A DNA stretch of 64,000 nucleotides, from the sequence record MZ501268.1; one strand, 5' to 3'. Numbering within the stretch: the stretch's first letter is position 1; the number at the start of each line of letters is the position of its first letter. Positions 39,046 to 52,944 of this stretch are shown here, piece by piece. The notes beneath the pieces are model-generated. The model worked only from the letters and a program-made list of their open reading frames with translations, did no database searches and was not told where the DNA came from. The position numbers and the translations under genes are program-made.

Positions 39046-40419
39046 ATGTCCGCTATTGATAAGTTCCTATTCACCGCGGGCATGGAGGGGTTTAACGACC
39101 CCTCCTCTATACCGTCCGTTGGTATAGTCGTGCCCTTTTTCGGTGTAGAAGAGTTTGCTGAGGCAGATGCTGAGCAAGCCCAACGCATGACCGAAATGAA
39201 TCAACAAGCCAATGCCATCTATAAACTGCAAGAGACATTGGTGTATATCGATGCGCATCGCCCTAACTTCGATCGCAGCAATGCTGAACACGTCGTGCAA
39301 GCACTAGGTGATGTTCAGGTGCTCTTACCCAATATGGAAGACCCTGTGACGATCATGGGTTCGCTGGAACATTATACGCCAGCTTATACTTCTCATCTGC
39401 TGGGTCATGGCCTGGAAGGTATTGGTAGTCAGATCATGGCGATCATCAAGAAGGTCATCGAATTATTGAAGAAGGGTTGGGACTTCTTGAATAAAGCGAT
39501 TCAGGCTAAAGGCGTGATCTTCGGTAAGCAAAAGCGTGAACTCGATGAGCTGGGCGACTGGTTTAAAGAACAGCGTAAGAACGGGACAGCCGCGCCAGCT
39601 AAAAGTAATGGCGATGCGAAAGTCATCTCGATTACGGCACCGACTTATCTGTACACGGTAGACAGTAATAAACCATTGTCTTCCGATCGTCTGATCTCTG
39701 AAGTGCGTAAGTACACCGGGTTTATCCGTGCGTTCCATCGTGACTTTATTACCCGTCAGATTATGTTGGGTGATCTGATCATCCGTGCGATCAACAGCGC
39801 AGATATTGCCAGTACACCAAACGATCAGTTGTTTGTCAAAGTGTTCAAAGGCCAGTTCAGCTTCAACGGCGTGGGTGGGACTACACTCTACAGCAAGCGT
39901 GATGGTGACCAGGTTGACTTAGCAATGGTCGGTCTGATCGGCGGTATTGGTTTTAAAGCCAAACTCAACAGTGCTTTAGTGTCACCGGTTGAGATGACAC
40001 CCGATGGCAGTAACCAGCGTAAGTTCTTCAAGCAGATGCAGTTCCTGCACAACTACAGCTTTACCTCCAAAATCAACATGGACGGTAGCTCTACTGGTGG
40101 CGCACCTATTTATGCGTGTAATGTTAACGATGCTGAAAACTTGACGCACGAGCTGTCTACATTAGCTGCAGCGATTAACGTCGTGCCGTATGATACCGAT
40201 GTGCGTGACTTTAATAAACGTGTTACTGATTGTGTTACTAAACTTGGTAACATGGCTGACACCATGAGTCACGATCGTAGCGATTTCATCACCACCATGA
40301 TAAACGCGCTCTCTGGTTTGTCAAGTGGATTGGAACAGTTAACCCGCGGTATGAATCAGCAGAGTAATACCCTGTTGAACAATGTGCGTGAGTATGTGAC
40401 TAAATCAGTAAAAGAGTAA
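39046..40419 (+). CDS. Inner-body/ejection protein, gp93-family paralog
   Basis: AGMEGF, SLEHY and GLEGI sites. Confidence 0.75.
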   Translation: MSAIDKFLFTAGMEGFNDPSSIPSVGIVVPFFGVEEFAEADAEQAQRMTEMNQQANAIYKLQETLVYIDAHRPNFDRSNAEHVVQALGDVQVLLPNMEDPVTIMGSLEHYTPAYTSHLLGHGLEGIGSQIMAIIKKVIELLKKGWDFLNKAIQAKGVIFGKQKRELDELGDWFKEQRKNGTAAPAKSNGDAKVISITAPTYLYTVDSNKPLSSDRLISEVRKYTGFIRAFHRDFITRQIMLGDLIIRAINSADIASTPNDQLFVKVFKGQFSFNGVGGTTLYSKRDGDQVDLAMVGLIGGIGFKAKLNSALVSPVEMTPDGSNQRKFFKQMQFLHNYSFTSKINMDGSSTGGAPIYACNVNDAENLTHELSTLAAAINVVPYDTDVRDFNKRVTDCVTKLGNMADTMSHDRSDFITTMINALSGLSSGLEQLTRGMNQQSNTLLNNVREYVTKSVKE

Positions 40420-40511
40420 ATTATTATATGTGTTAATGGCTCTGCAGGAAGCGCAGGGCCTTCTCACAAAAACGATCGTTTTTATTTTCATGAAAATAGA
40501 GGTCCAGAAAC

Positions 40512-41900
40512 ATGTCCATTTCCGCATTTTTGAATCTTGGCGCTGAGGCTTTCGAAGACGCACCAGTTCAAGAACCTGCTCCTTCTGTGGTGGTTGCACC
40601 TGTATCAGAAGAAGTGATTGAACTGATTGCTGATCGCGATGACGCCGACCTGGCTGTCGAGATGGCTAATGATGTTGCTGATATGTCTGCCGGTGCGCGC
40701 CAGGTAGAAGAGTATGCAGCAGCAATCGAACGTGTTGAAAACGTTCAGGCATCCATGGAACACTTCATCGAGTGTGGTCTGTCACAGAAATCTGCAATGA
40801 TGCTGCATCGTCAGATCAGCACTGTGATGGCATCCATCGGTAAAGATGGTTCTGCAATTGGCGGCGGCCTGGAAAACTTCGATAACGAAGAAGCCAGCAT
40901 CGCGCTGCTGTCATCTGGCCTGGAAGCGCTGAATAGCGAGAAAGCTTCTCTGGGTGAGCGTATCCGTGCAGCCATGATCAATGGTGGCGACGGCATCAAC
41001 AAATTCTTCAGCAAATTCCTGACTGCAGCTGGCCGCATGAAGTCTCGTGCAGAAGCAATCTCTAAAGCTGCTAAAGCCAAAGGCACTGCCTCAGCTGAAG
41101 TTAAGCTGAAGAGCAAGTACCTGACTGTTAAAGGTGGTGCGGCAAGTACTAACCTGGCAGCAGATATCGCAGCCTTCCACAAATTTGCTGAAGATGGTGC
41201 TGCGCGCTTCTTTAAAGACGGTGGTTCATTCCTGAGTGGTGCCGTTCTGACTGCCATCAAATCCATGGGTGCAGCTACTACCATGGAACAGGCATCTAAG
41301 ATCGTTAATGGTCTGAAATACCCGGGCTACCCAGGTGCAACCATTACTGTCCAGGACAAACCTGCGTTCACCATCAAACGTACCGAAGTGGTACTGGGTG
41401 GTTATGCGGTGTTTGATCTGCAGTACAAAACCACTGGCGGCGAAACTCAGCCTGAGCTGGTTCACGAACTGAAGGCACTGGGTAAAAACCGTGTGCACGT
41501 GAAACAAGCACCGGAAGAGAAAGGCAAGTCTGAATTCGACATGACCGTGTCTGCAGCTGATGCTGCAGCTATCGCTGATGAAGTAATCAAACTGGCTGGT
41601 ATCGCCCAGACTCTGCAGCGTAACATCGCGTGGATGGATCCATTCACTAAATCTCTGATCAACTCCAGCGTTGCTGCTGAAGCAGCAAATACGCGTGCCG
41701 CCAATTCTGAGAAAGGCGTGGCGGTTGTTCTGGATGCACTGGCCCGTGTACCAACTGGTGTGTTCCAGTCTGTACAGAGCCTGAGCTGGGAGCTGTCTTC
41801 AGCAATCCTGAAGGTTGGTGACGCTGGTCTGAAAGTGGCAAACAAAGTTGCTAAATCTTCTGAGAGCCGTGTAGCTACTGGCGACGAAGTAACTGCATAA
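40512..41900 (+). CDS. Inner-body/ejection protein, gp93-family paralog
   Basis: GAEAF, SMEHF, GLENF and GLEAL sites. Confidence 0.75.
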   Translation: MSISAFLNLGAEAFEDAPVQEPAPSVVVAPVSEEVIELIADRDDADLAVEMANDVADMSAGARQVEEYAAAIERVENVQASMEHFIECGLSQKSAMMLHRQISTVMASIGKDGSAIGGGLENFDNEEASIALLSSGLEALNSEKASLGERIRAAMINGGDGINKFFSKFLTAAGRMKSRAEAISKAAKAKGTASAEVKLKSKYLTVKGGAASTNLAADIAAFHKFAEDGAARFFKDGGSFLSGAVLTAIKSMGAATTMEQASKIVNGLKYPGYPGATITVQDKPAFTIKRTEVVLGGYAVFDLQYKTTGGETQPELVHELKALGKNRVHVKQAPEEKGKSEFDMTVSAADAAAIADEVIKLAGIAQTLQRNIAWMDPFTKSLINSSVAAEAANTRAANSEKGVAVVLDALARVPTGVFQSVQSLSWELSSAILKVGDAGLKVANKVAKSSESRVATGDEVTA

Positions 41901-41917
41901 ACAGTGCGTTTGTAAAC

Positions 41918-41955
41918 CTTAGGGGGAGGGGGGTTTCCCTCTCCTCTTATACCGA
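41918..41955 (+). terminator. Hairpin between inner-body genes
   Basis: AGGGGGAGGGGG-TTT-CCCTCTCCTCT stem with G-U pairs. Confidence 0.55.
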
Positions 41956-41971
41956 TCACAAAGGTGAATGC

Positions 41972-44314
41972 ATGACTACCATGTCAGAACTGGGCCCTGC
42001 ACACACAACCCTTCTTGCTGAAGAGAAGGATGTGCAAAAAGATGCCGCCACCGATGCCACGGAAACTGCCCTGGCCGTATTAAAGAAAACCAGCAAGAGC
42101 AAACCTGAGAAAGACGACGAAGATGAACCAACCATCTCGTTTGGTGCTGAAGGGTACACAATGTTGACCAGCATGTCTTTTGACCTGACTGAGAACACCG
42201 ACCTGGCGATTCAGGAGTTGCTGGATAAGATCAGTAAGATTGTCATTGAAGCTAATGGCAACTTGACGGATAAAGATCTCGAAGCCATCAAGAACGTCGG
42301 TAACGAAGCCTTGCTTGATGCCGGTAATGAAGATTACAAAGAAGTAATGAACTTGGTGATGCGCAAGATCATGCAGTTCATTCGCTGGGCAATCAATCAA
42401 GGTAAAGAAGGGATCAAACGTATCAGTGATCGCCTGAGCCGACTGAGCGTCAAGGCGATGTATGTTGAACGCAAGATCGACGTCTCAGCAGACAACTCGT
42501 TACCGAATGATAAGTTTGTCCTGCCTCGCACGTATCCATTACTGATGATGGCAAACAAACCGCCGGCCAATGCCATGGAAGTGATCAACGTACTTAACCG
42601 TACGAAGTATCTGTTCACTACCTTGCACAACGATTATCAGAATTTCCAGAATCTGTTCAAGAGCGCGGTGGCCACTGGTTCTCGTGCAGATACCCTGGAG
42701 ATGATCAATAGCTACCTGACAAGCCTGGCAAGTAAACTGTCGGCCAGACCGAATCCGTTGTTTGATAACCGCCTGAGCTTTAACCAGTTACCGGGTGGAT
42801 ATCGTTTGGTGTTCAGTCAAGGTCAAGCCTTCGCTGATTGTTCAGCAACCCTGACTCGTACCTCTGAGCGGTATGACATGGCGCCTGCTGTACAGCGTCC
42901 TGACAAAGCCAGCCTGATGCGTTTGGTCGCTGAAGTGAAAACGTACCTGCGGATCATCAATGAAGTCTATGGTCGTGTCTCAGGGCGCTTAGAAGCAGAC
43001 TTCCGGGCAATCGTTAAATCCGCTGAGAGAGAAGTCAAGTCATTTGACTCTACTGCAGATATCCGTACAGCCTCAACCACCATTGAATGGTTTACTGAAC
43101 AACAGTCCAAACTCTATACCCGTTCGATGATGTTATCGTGTACGGTATTGAACGCTTCGCTGGATTATTGTTTATCTGCCATTGGGGCGAAGCCTGCGGC
43201 CGGTACAGAGTCTTTCGACATCACAGAGACCTCATCTATCAGTTATGCCATCGAGTCCTTAGATGAGCAGCTAGAGCGTCTGGATGCCGGTCTGTGTTCA
43301 CTGGAAATTGATAGTCGATCAATGCAGTCGATTGCTGATGTTGAAGAACTCGTTGATGTGGATAACGACCAGGTCATTAACTTGTTGATGAATCAAACCC
43401 CAGCGTCGTATTACAACCCGCTCTATGGGATTTCCTTTGCCGGGCTTCAGGGTGTGTTGGAAGAGAAGAAAGGTGCGGAGTATATCGCCAGTCGTTTAGG
43501 GGGTATTGTTGACATCACCAAACAACTCGACAACACAGCAGAAGTCATCAAGCAGATCATGACAGATTTGCCTGACGGGGAAGTGGGTGCGGTAAAGCCT
43601 GGGTTGAAACCAACAGTCGCTGATGTTGAGTTCACAAGTGATCATCCATGGTGTGCTTTTTTACACCGGGTTGATCGTCAGAGCATCTATGCCTCCGATG
43701 TGGTGCGGTATGTCGGCGATACCTACGAGAAACTGCGTGGGGTCAATAACACCTTGTCGGTACTGGCTGAGCAGATGACCAAAACCGTGGTTGATGGTGA
43801 GATGAATGTGAGCTTGCTGAAGGAGTACATGTTTAATGCGCCTACAGAGCCGTTTACAGCCAGTTCACTTTGCGGTGGGTTCACGATCAGTCCGGTTGCT
43901 GAAAAGCTCGGTAAGCTCGTTGTACGCGGTTATGTGTTGGAATCACCCCCACCACTGAAACCGATGGTTACTATCCATCGCCCAAGTTATGACGAGTATA
44001 ATGAAATCAATTCATTGGCTGCTCGTTTTAATGCTGAGCAAGCTCGTCTGGCAGAGATCACTCGATTACTGCAAATCGGCACGGGACACCTGCGCTACAT
44101 CACAGCATCCGTTGCAGATAACCTGACCGCAGATGGATTGAAAGGCGGTGGGGATGGTTGGTTTAGCACTGCGCTGGAATACCTGGCTATCAGTGCTCGT
44201 CAGTATCGCTGGATGTATCGCTTGACGGTTCAGTTGGCAATCTACCAACGCACAATGATCAGTGCCTTGCGTCAGTACAATAACGAAGGAGGATGGGATG
44301 GAGACAAACAGTAA
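41972..44314 (+). CDS. Large inner-body protein (gp97-like)
   Basis: 780 aa; GAE, GNE, GTE and AIE sites; synteny and size. Confidence 0.7.
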   Translation: MTTMSELGPAHTTLLAEEKDVQKDAATDATETALAVLKKTSKSKPEKDDEDEPTISFGAEGYTMLTSMSFDLTENTDLAIQELLDKISKIVIEANGNLTDKDLEAIKNVGNEALLDAGNEDYKEVMNLVMRKIMQFIRWAINQGKEGIKRISDRLSRLSVKAMYVERKIDVSADNSLPNDKFVLPRTYPLLMMANKPPANAMEVINVLNRTKYLFTTLHNDYQNFQNLFKSAVATGSRADTLEMINSYLTSLASKLSARPNPLFDNRLSFNQLPGGYRLVFSQGQAFADCSATLTRTSERYDMAPAVQRPDKASLMRLVAEVKTYLRIINEVYGRVSGRLEADFRAIVKSAEREVKSFDSTADIRTASTTIEWFTEQQSKLYTRSMMLSCTVLNASLDYCLSAIGAKPAAGTESFDITETSSISYAIESLDEQLERLDAGLCSLEIDSRSMQSIADVEELVDVDNDQVINLLMNQTPASYYNPLYGISFAGLQGVLEEKKGAEYIASRLGGIVDITKQLDNTAEVIKQIMTDLPDGEVGAVKPGLKPTVADVEFTSDHPWCAFLHRVDRQSIYASDVVRYVGDTYEKLRGVNNTLSVLAEQMTKTVVDGEMNVSLLKEYMFNAPTEPFTASSLCGGFTISPVAEKLGKLVVRGYVLESPPPLKPMVTIHRPSYDEYNEINSLAARFNAEQARLAEITRLLQIGTGHLRYITASVADNLTADGLKGGGDGWFSTALEYLAISARQYRWMYRLTVQLAIYQRTMISALRQYNNEGGWDGDKQ

Positions 44315-44645
44315 TAAAGCACTGTACAACGCTGCTCGTCTTCCGGTGTTGTACGAATACCCGCGTGACTTTACTCCGTATGCCCGATTGATGGCTAACG
44401 AGAAGAAAGATGCACAACCGTCTCAGGCCTTTGCTGAGATGCTGGCTAAAGTAACGGGGGATCCCTGGACAATGACACCCAAAGAACCGTACACGTTATA
44501 CGGGGCGAAGGTTGCTTATATCGGGGAGAACCAGAAAGATTATCCAACCAGTAAGCGCTTTCCATATGTGCTGATTCTGCAGTTGAGCAGTCGTTACAAT
44601 AACCGTCGGTTGTACCTGAGTTTCAAGATCTTGAAATCCAGCTGA
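44298..44645 (+). CDS. Hypothetical protein
   Basis: ATG 44298 follows GGAGGA; terminator follows. Confidence 0.6.
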   Translation: METNSNKALYNAARLPVLYEYPRDFTPYARLMANEKKDAQPSQAFAEMLAKVTGDPWTMTPKEPYTLYGAKVAYIGENQKDYPTSKRFPYVLILQLSSRYNNRRLYLSFKILKSS

Positions 44646-44682
44646 GCATAAGGAGAGGGCAAACGCCCTCTCCTCTATGCCG
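44646..44682. terminator. Terminator hairpin with the same stem as 21132
   Basis: GCATAAGGAGAGGGC-AAAC-GCCCTCTCCT-CTATGCCG. Confidence 0.8.
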
Positions 44683-44689
44683 ATTAACT

Positions 44690-45397
44690 TTAAGCTGGTT
44701 GCTCAGAACCATCACCGTCTGCATGTGCAGCAGGCGCATCATCAGTACTGAACGTACTCGGTACTACAGGGACATCCGCGATCAAGGTGGCCGAAGTCAC
44801 GTTGTTCTTGAAGGTCCAATAACGACCCAGGTAAGCGGCGTACAGTTCCAGCAGGTGTTCGACAACATCGATCACTTCAACTGGAGTCAGTTCAACCATC
44901 TGACCTGCAACAGTGCGCAGTTTAAAGGTGGTCTCATCAGACGCATTAACACGCTTCTCAGCCACCACACGCAGACCCATCAGGTTCACACGCTCTTCAG
45001 CAGTCATCACAACCTGATAGTCAGTTTCGCCATGAGTGAATGGGATCCCGGTATTCAGGTCATTGGAGATGATGTTCTTTGCATCTTGCAGCGCGATGTC
45101 TTTACCAACAGCCAGGTTAGCGGACAGTTCGTCTTCATTATACGAACGAACATCCCAGTGCTGGTAGTACAGACCATCGTCACCCTGTGCTGGCGTGCCT
45201 TCGGTTACCACATCGCCGTCAGGACGATCAACCGGATACACAACTGCATACTGATTCGGTAAGGTCAACAGCTTTTCCGATTCAGTGGTGCTACCCCAGC
45301 TGACGTTCATGTTATCTTGACGCGCGTCATACTGGTACTTTGGATACGCCATGTCCCGCAAACGAACGAGGGGCGTGGAATTGGTTACTGTAGTCAT
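44690..45397 (-). CDS. Fibre assembly/accessory protein (DUF4376-like C-terminus)
   Basis: YP...RQDNMNVSW...YAVVYPVDRP...YQHWDV N-terminus and FKLRTVAGQMVELT C-terminus; directly follows the fibre gene. Confidence 0.6.
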   Translation of the reverse strand: MTTVTNSTPLVRLRDMAYPKYQYDARQDNMNVSWGSTTESEKLLTLPNQYAVVYPVDRPDGDVVTEGTPAQGDDGLYYQHWDVRSYNEDELSANLAVGKDIALQDAKNIISNDLNTGIPFTHGETDYQVVMTAEERVNLMGLRVVAEKRVNASDETTFKLRTVAGQMVELTPVEVIDVVEHLLELYAAYLGRYWTFKNNVTSATLIADVPVVPSTFSTDDAPAAHADGDGSEQPA

Positions 45398-45446
45398 TAC
45401 GATTCCTTAAAGAATGCTGGGGGTTTCACCCCAGCACAGAACGCCA

Positions 45447-48770
<3,324 letters not shown>

Positions 48771-48829
48771 TACAAACCTCTTTTAGTAACTATATTGCTG
48801 TTTAGTGTAAAACTGTTCACACCGGTGTG

Positions 48830-49360
48830 TTATGCCGCGCTTTCGATTTTCAGTGGATGTCCGTCTTCAGTGGTTAACCAAGAACCACTCTCAGTCAGGA
48901 TGACTGGCTCAACCACACCAGTGCCGAGTAGAACAGAAAGCGTTCCCTCATAGACCAGGCTGTTGTTAAAAACAATGTCGTGTTTGATGCGACCGTCTTC
49001 ATCAACATTACCATTGTCAATCGGGTTATCTGCCACTTCACTGGCAGCGACTTGTAAGCCGTAGAGATTGTTCAAAGCAGCTAACAGATCTTTCGTGGTC
49101 GAAGGACTGTCAACCGTTAATTCTGGAACAATGCCAAAGAACAACTTAGCAATCTGAAGTCGATCCAGATTAACAATATTGCTCCCCACGTACCCTTTGT
49201 CAGCTACAGCAATAACAGGGATATCGGTATCACGTTGACCCGCTCCTGTCACTGGCGTAGGGACACCAAAGTTAATTTGATCAGACTGGATAGCAAGATT
49301 ATTATCCAAGTTGATTTGATCAACAATGATTTGGGCCGATGGCTGATTCAGGATGGTCAT
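48830..49360 (-). CDS. Virion structural protein of a family common in phiKZ-like phages
   Basis: QINLDN...FGVP...RDTDI...GYVG...DRL pattern; first gene of the fibre cassette. Confidence 0.6.
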   Translation of the reverse strand: MTILNQPSAQIIVDQINLDNNLAIQSDQINFGVPTPVTGAGQRDTDIPVIAVADKGYVGSNIVNLDRLQIAKLFFGIVPELTVDSPSTTKDLLAALNNLYGLQVAASEVADNPIDNGNVDEDGRIKHDIVFNNSLVYEGTLSVLLGTGVVEPVILTESGSWLTTEDGHPLKIESAA

Positions 49361-49491
49361 ACTTTTCTCCCGTAAGCGCCGTTTCTGATGATCATATAAT
49401 AATTTCTTTTCTACAAAACTAACGTAATAGAATAGCTATTCGTTGATGAAATCGTATAGACATTAAAAGAACGGGGATTGAGGATCACATC

Positions 49492-51072
49492 ATGCCCATT
49501 GTGACTGAAGCTACACCTGAACAACATAAATCAATTATTCGACCAGTGGTCATTGAAGTGGTTAATCAGATTCTGCCGTTAATGCGTTTAGACGACAAAG
49601 ATGAATTGATCTTCAATGGCTTCTCTGACATTGCGTTACTGTCGAACTCCATGATCGGTGTGAACCGTAATCCCGACTCACCCATGCGTCCACCGGGTCC
49701 GAGTCAGATCATGGTCAATATCGAGGAGAGTGCCACCTCAACGACATCCCCTGAGATGTCTGTGCTGTATCCGGAAAACCGGTTCATCATGCGAGACGCC
49801 AGGCTGGGGATTGGTATCCGTCCTGTACGCAAACGCACGTTACTGAACATCACGTTTAACAAACGTTTTCGCTCCAAGGCTGCTGCTGATCGTTGGCATG
49901 CAAACATGGAACAGTTGATGGCACGTTACGTGCAGGATTACATCCACACGCTGGACTACCACTATAACATCCCCGACGGGATGATCCTGATGTTGAATGA
50001 CTTCTGGAAATTACGTGAAGCCCAAGCGCCGTATAATGAAAACTTCGGTCAGTGGTTATCGTCCTGCATGGCACCGTATCAGACCGTTACCACCAACCAA
50101 AGCGGTAAAGCCGCACAGCTCTCCTTTGCCGAGTCATTGGACAACGTACAAGGATGGTGGGATTTCGATGTGGTGCCGTATCCGGTGCGGGAGAACACCC
50201 GTGGTAACTGGCAAGTAACGTTTGATTACAAGGTTGAGTTTGATAAGGTGATTGAGCTGGTGATGAACTACCCTATCATCATTCACAATCAGATGCTCCC
50301 ACCGGAGCTGATCCCTCAGCCACGTTTACCAAGCTACCGTAATAAGGTCTATCAGAAGAATGCCATGATGTACCGAGCTGAGATTACGTCGGGTGAAGTT
50401 AACCCCACCGATTACAGTTTGCGGGATTATCTGTGCTTCCCGGTATATGACGACTGGGTACCGGAATACATCCCACCGTACCAGGTTGTTCAGTATACTG
50501 CACAACTTGGCTTAGACCCGGATGACTTGACGTTGATCGCTAACTTGAAAGAGTTGGGGGATTACGAGTTTACAGCAGATGCGCTGGAATATCTGCGCTA
50601 TGTGAAGAACCGGGCCTTTGCGAATACGCATTCGGTGATTCAGTTGAAGGTGTATGAAGAGGATGTATTGTTGGACACCAGTGTACTCACGCTGGATGCG
50701 AATCTGGATATCCGCTGTACCTTTGAGTTGAATCTGCGTAAGTCATACCACATTATGGTGACCGTGGATAAAGATCTGGCCAAACTCACTGAGCAGACTG
50801 TCAGTGAATTAAAAGAAGACGGTTGGTTTACTGAGAATGTGTTGCAGGTGATTTATCCGCAATACCTTAATACCGCTGTGTGGCCTAAACCGAATGACCG
50901 TGGTTTGATTTCCGATCTTGCCTGGGATCGATTCGTTGCTGCGTTATACCCAACCAATCAATGGTATCGTAAACCAGATATTGCTCAGTTGACGATCGGT
51001 CAATTTACGATCCTCGCGAAGAAGAGAGACAACAAATGCCAATTGCCAAGATCCCCGCACAGAAGCCGGTAA
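49492..51072 (+). CDS. Virion structural protein (gp98-like)
   Basis: 526 aa; synteny and size. Confidence 0.7.
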   Translation: MPIVTEATPEQHKSIIRPVVIEVVNQILPLMRLDDKDELIFNGFSDIALLSNSMIGVNRNPDSPMRPPGPSQIMVNIEESATSTTSPEMSVLYPENRFIMRDARLGIGIRPVRKRTLLNITFNKRFRSKAAADRWHANMEQLMARYVQDYIHTLDYHYNIPDGMILMLNDFWKLREAQAPYNENFGQWLSSCMAPYQTVTTNQSGKAAQLSFAESLDNVQGWWDFDVVPYPVRENTRGNWQVTFDYKVEFDKVIELVMNYPIIIHNQMLPPELIPQPRLPSYRNKVYQKNAMMYRAEITSGEVNPTDYSLRDYLCFPVYDDWVPEYIPPYQVVQYTAQLGLDPDDLTLIANLKELGDYEFTADALEYLRYVKNRAFANTHSVIQLKVYEEDVLLDTSVLTLDANLDIRCTFELNLRKSYHIMVTVDKDLAKLTEQTVSELKEDGWFTENVLQVIYPQYLNTAVWPKPNDRGLISDLAWDRFVAALYPTNQWYRKPDIAQLTIGQFTILAKKRDNKCQLPRSPHRSR

Positions 51073-52307
51073 ATCCCGTGCAGAACCCGGTGATCAAATC
51101 ACCGGTAGTAAAGAACGAAGTCGTGGATTCGATGTACACCCCCCGCAAGTCACTGATGACCTTTGTAGGGGGTTCGTCTTGGGCTGCGACGTACTACAGT
51201 CAAATCCTGGGTGAACACAGCGAGCCCATGGCCTTGCAACACGACGAACAGAACACCACGCAACAGTATCTGCGTATTCGTCGCACCATCATCAAAGTCT
51301 CGACCCCCCTTAACCATAGCCCGGAGAAAGACCAAGGGCAGATGGAAGTCACAGGTGCAGGGTTCTTGATGCCGGGGATTGTCCCAAACCAAGGGGATAT
51401 GTTTGTTGCAGATATTGGTGATGGTCGTGCTGGGGTGTTCACGATCAACGATATCGAGATCATGTCTATCTATAATGACTCGGCTTATCAGATCACCTAT
51501 GAGATGACCGACCTCTGGGATACCGATATCCAGAAGCTGTTTGATGACAAAACGGTACAAGACACAGTCTATGACCTGGACTACGCTCGTACAGGCAAAA
51601 ACCCAATCATCGCTTCCGAGGACTTCTTTAATCGCGATCGCATGACGGGGTTGGAAGTGTCATTGATCCAGCACTTCTTCATGACCTATTACGACAATGA
51701 ATACAACACCTTCATGGTCCCAGGTCAGACACACACCACGTATGATCCTTACCTTACTCGGTTTGTGGATAAGCTGATTGATTACGATGTCCGGCCAGGG
51801 CATGCCAGGGTGAATGTGTTTGATGAATCATTAAAAGGAAATGCCAAACCGACGACCCTTTGGGATCTGTTAGTGGGGCAAGACCCATTGATGTTCAAAT
51901 ACGTCACTAAACGCATGCAGGTCGTGCCAGCGACATATTTCCGTAGTGCTACCGCCCTTTATGGTGCAATCGCTTACGCGGGCATCTACGGCGTTGTATA
52001 CCCTGTGTCTGAAGACCTGCTGATCAACACTGATGTGGTGATTCCGACTACCCCGATCAATCCGTTGCTGTTCAGTGGGATGGGGATCAATACTACGTAT
52101 GTGCTGAGTGAAGCATTCTACAATCAGCAACCGCATCTCATGAGTGAGATGGAGCGTCAGGTGTATAACCTGATTACCGGCTTACCCATCAACATCGAAA
52201 AGCTCATTGACCTTGTTGATGCGTACTTTGACTCCACTGGTTTAGTTCAGTACTACGCATTTCCTTTATTAGTGTGTCTGTGCCGAACTGCACGTTACCG
52301 TTTATAG
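51036..52307 (+). CDS. Virion structural protein (gp99-like)
   Basis: 423 aa; PNQGDMFVADIGDGRAGVF; synteny. Confidence 0.7.
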   Translation: MPIAKIPAQKPVNPVQNPVIKSPVVKNEVVDSMYTPRKSLMTFVGGSSWAATYYSQILGEHSEPMALQHDEQNTTQQYLRIRRTIIKVSTPLNHSPEKDQGQMEVTGAGFLMPGIVPNQGDMFVADIGDGRAGVFTINDIEIMSIYNDSAYQITYEMTDLWDTDIQKLFDDKTVQDTVYDLDYARTGKNPIIASEDFFNRDRMTGLEVSLIQHFFMTYYDNEYNTFMVPGQTHTTYDPYLTRFVDKLIDYDVRPGHARVNVFDESLKGNAKPTTLWDLLVGQDPLMFKYVTKRMQVVPATYFRSATALYGAIAYAGIYGVVYPVSEDLLINTDVVIPTTPINPLLFSGMGINTTYVLSEAFYNQQPHLMSEMERQVYNLITGLPINIEKLIDLVDAYFDSTGLVQYYAFPLLVCLCRTARYRL

Positions 52308-52314
52308 GTGTTCT

Positions 52315-52944
52315 ATGTCCCAGGTGATTCACCACACTGATTTTCTTAAGAGCGAACTGAAGCGCTTACAGACCGTGATCTTCGAGTGTCGTTATGAGTG
52401 CCGCATTCGCCAACGTGACCTGTATGATGTCGACTATATCCAGAACGTTGGGGTGTTGTCATCTGGGATTGCTTGGCTGGATGCCGAGATGGATAACCAG
52501 TTGGTCGATAAGTACATGACCATCAACCAGATGACAGACTGTATCAAGAACGGGTATAACTTCTACGTCCTGTACCCTGAGACGTATGCGGGGATTATCT
52601 ACAAAGCGATCACCGACTATATCCGTTATTACGGTGAGCTGTCTGACCGTTTCCCGAACCTGCAATTGCCGGATCAGGATGACTTTGAAGTACTGGATGG
52701 ACTGGCCACCAAGATCTATGAACTCTACCGCTGCTACGAGAAACCGGAAGAGCTGTCTGGTGTGGTGGGTCGTCTGCGTAAGCGTCGTCGTTCGTTTGAC
52801 ATGCAAGATCCATTACCACAAGTTGAAGTGACCCGCGATGAAGACGGCAACGTCATTGCTAAAGAACACAACCCATTGCTGGACATGTTTGCTGATCGCA
52901 TGACAGTGAAGAGGATTCCAAAGCATGAATTTGGAGAAGAGTAG
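52315..52944 (+). CDS. gp100-like protein
   Basis: 209 aa; synteny and size. Confidence 0.65.
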   Translation: MSQVIHHTDFLKSELKRLQTVIFECRYECRIRQRDLYDVDYIQNVGVLSSGIAWLDAEMDNQLVDKYMTINQMTDCIKNGYNFYVLYPETYAGIIYKAITDYIRYYGELSDRFPNLQLPDQDDFEVLDGLATKIYELYRCYEKPEELSGVVGRLRKRRRSFDMQDPLPQVEVTRDEDGNVIAKEHNPLLDMFADRMTVKRIPKHEFGEE

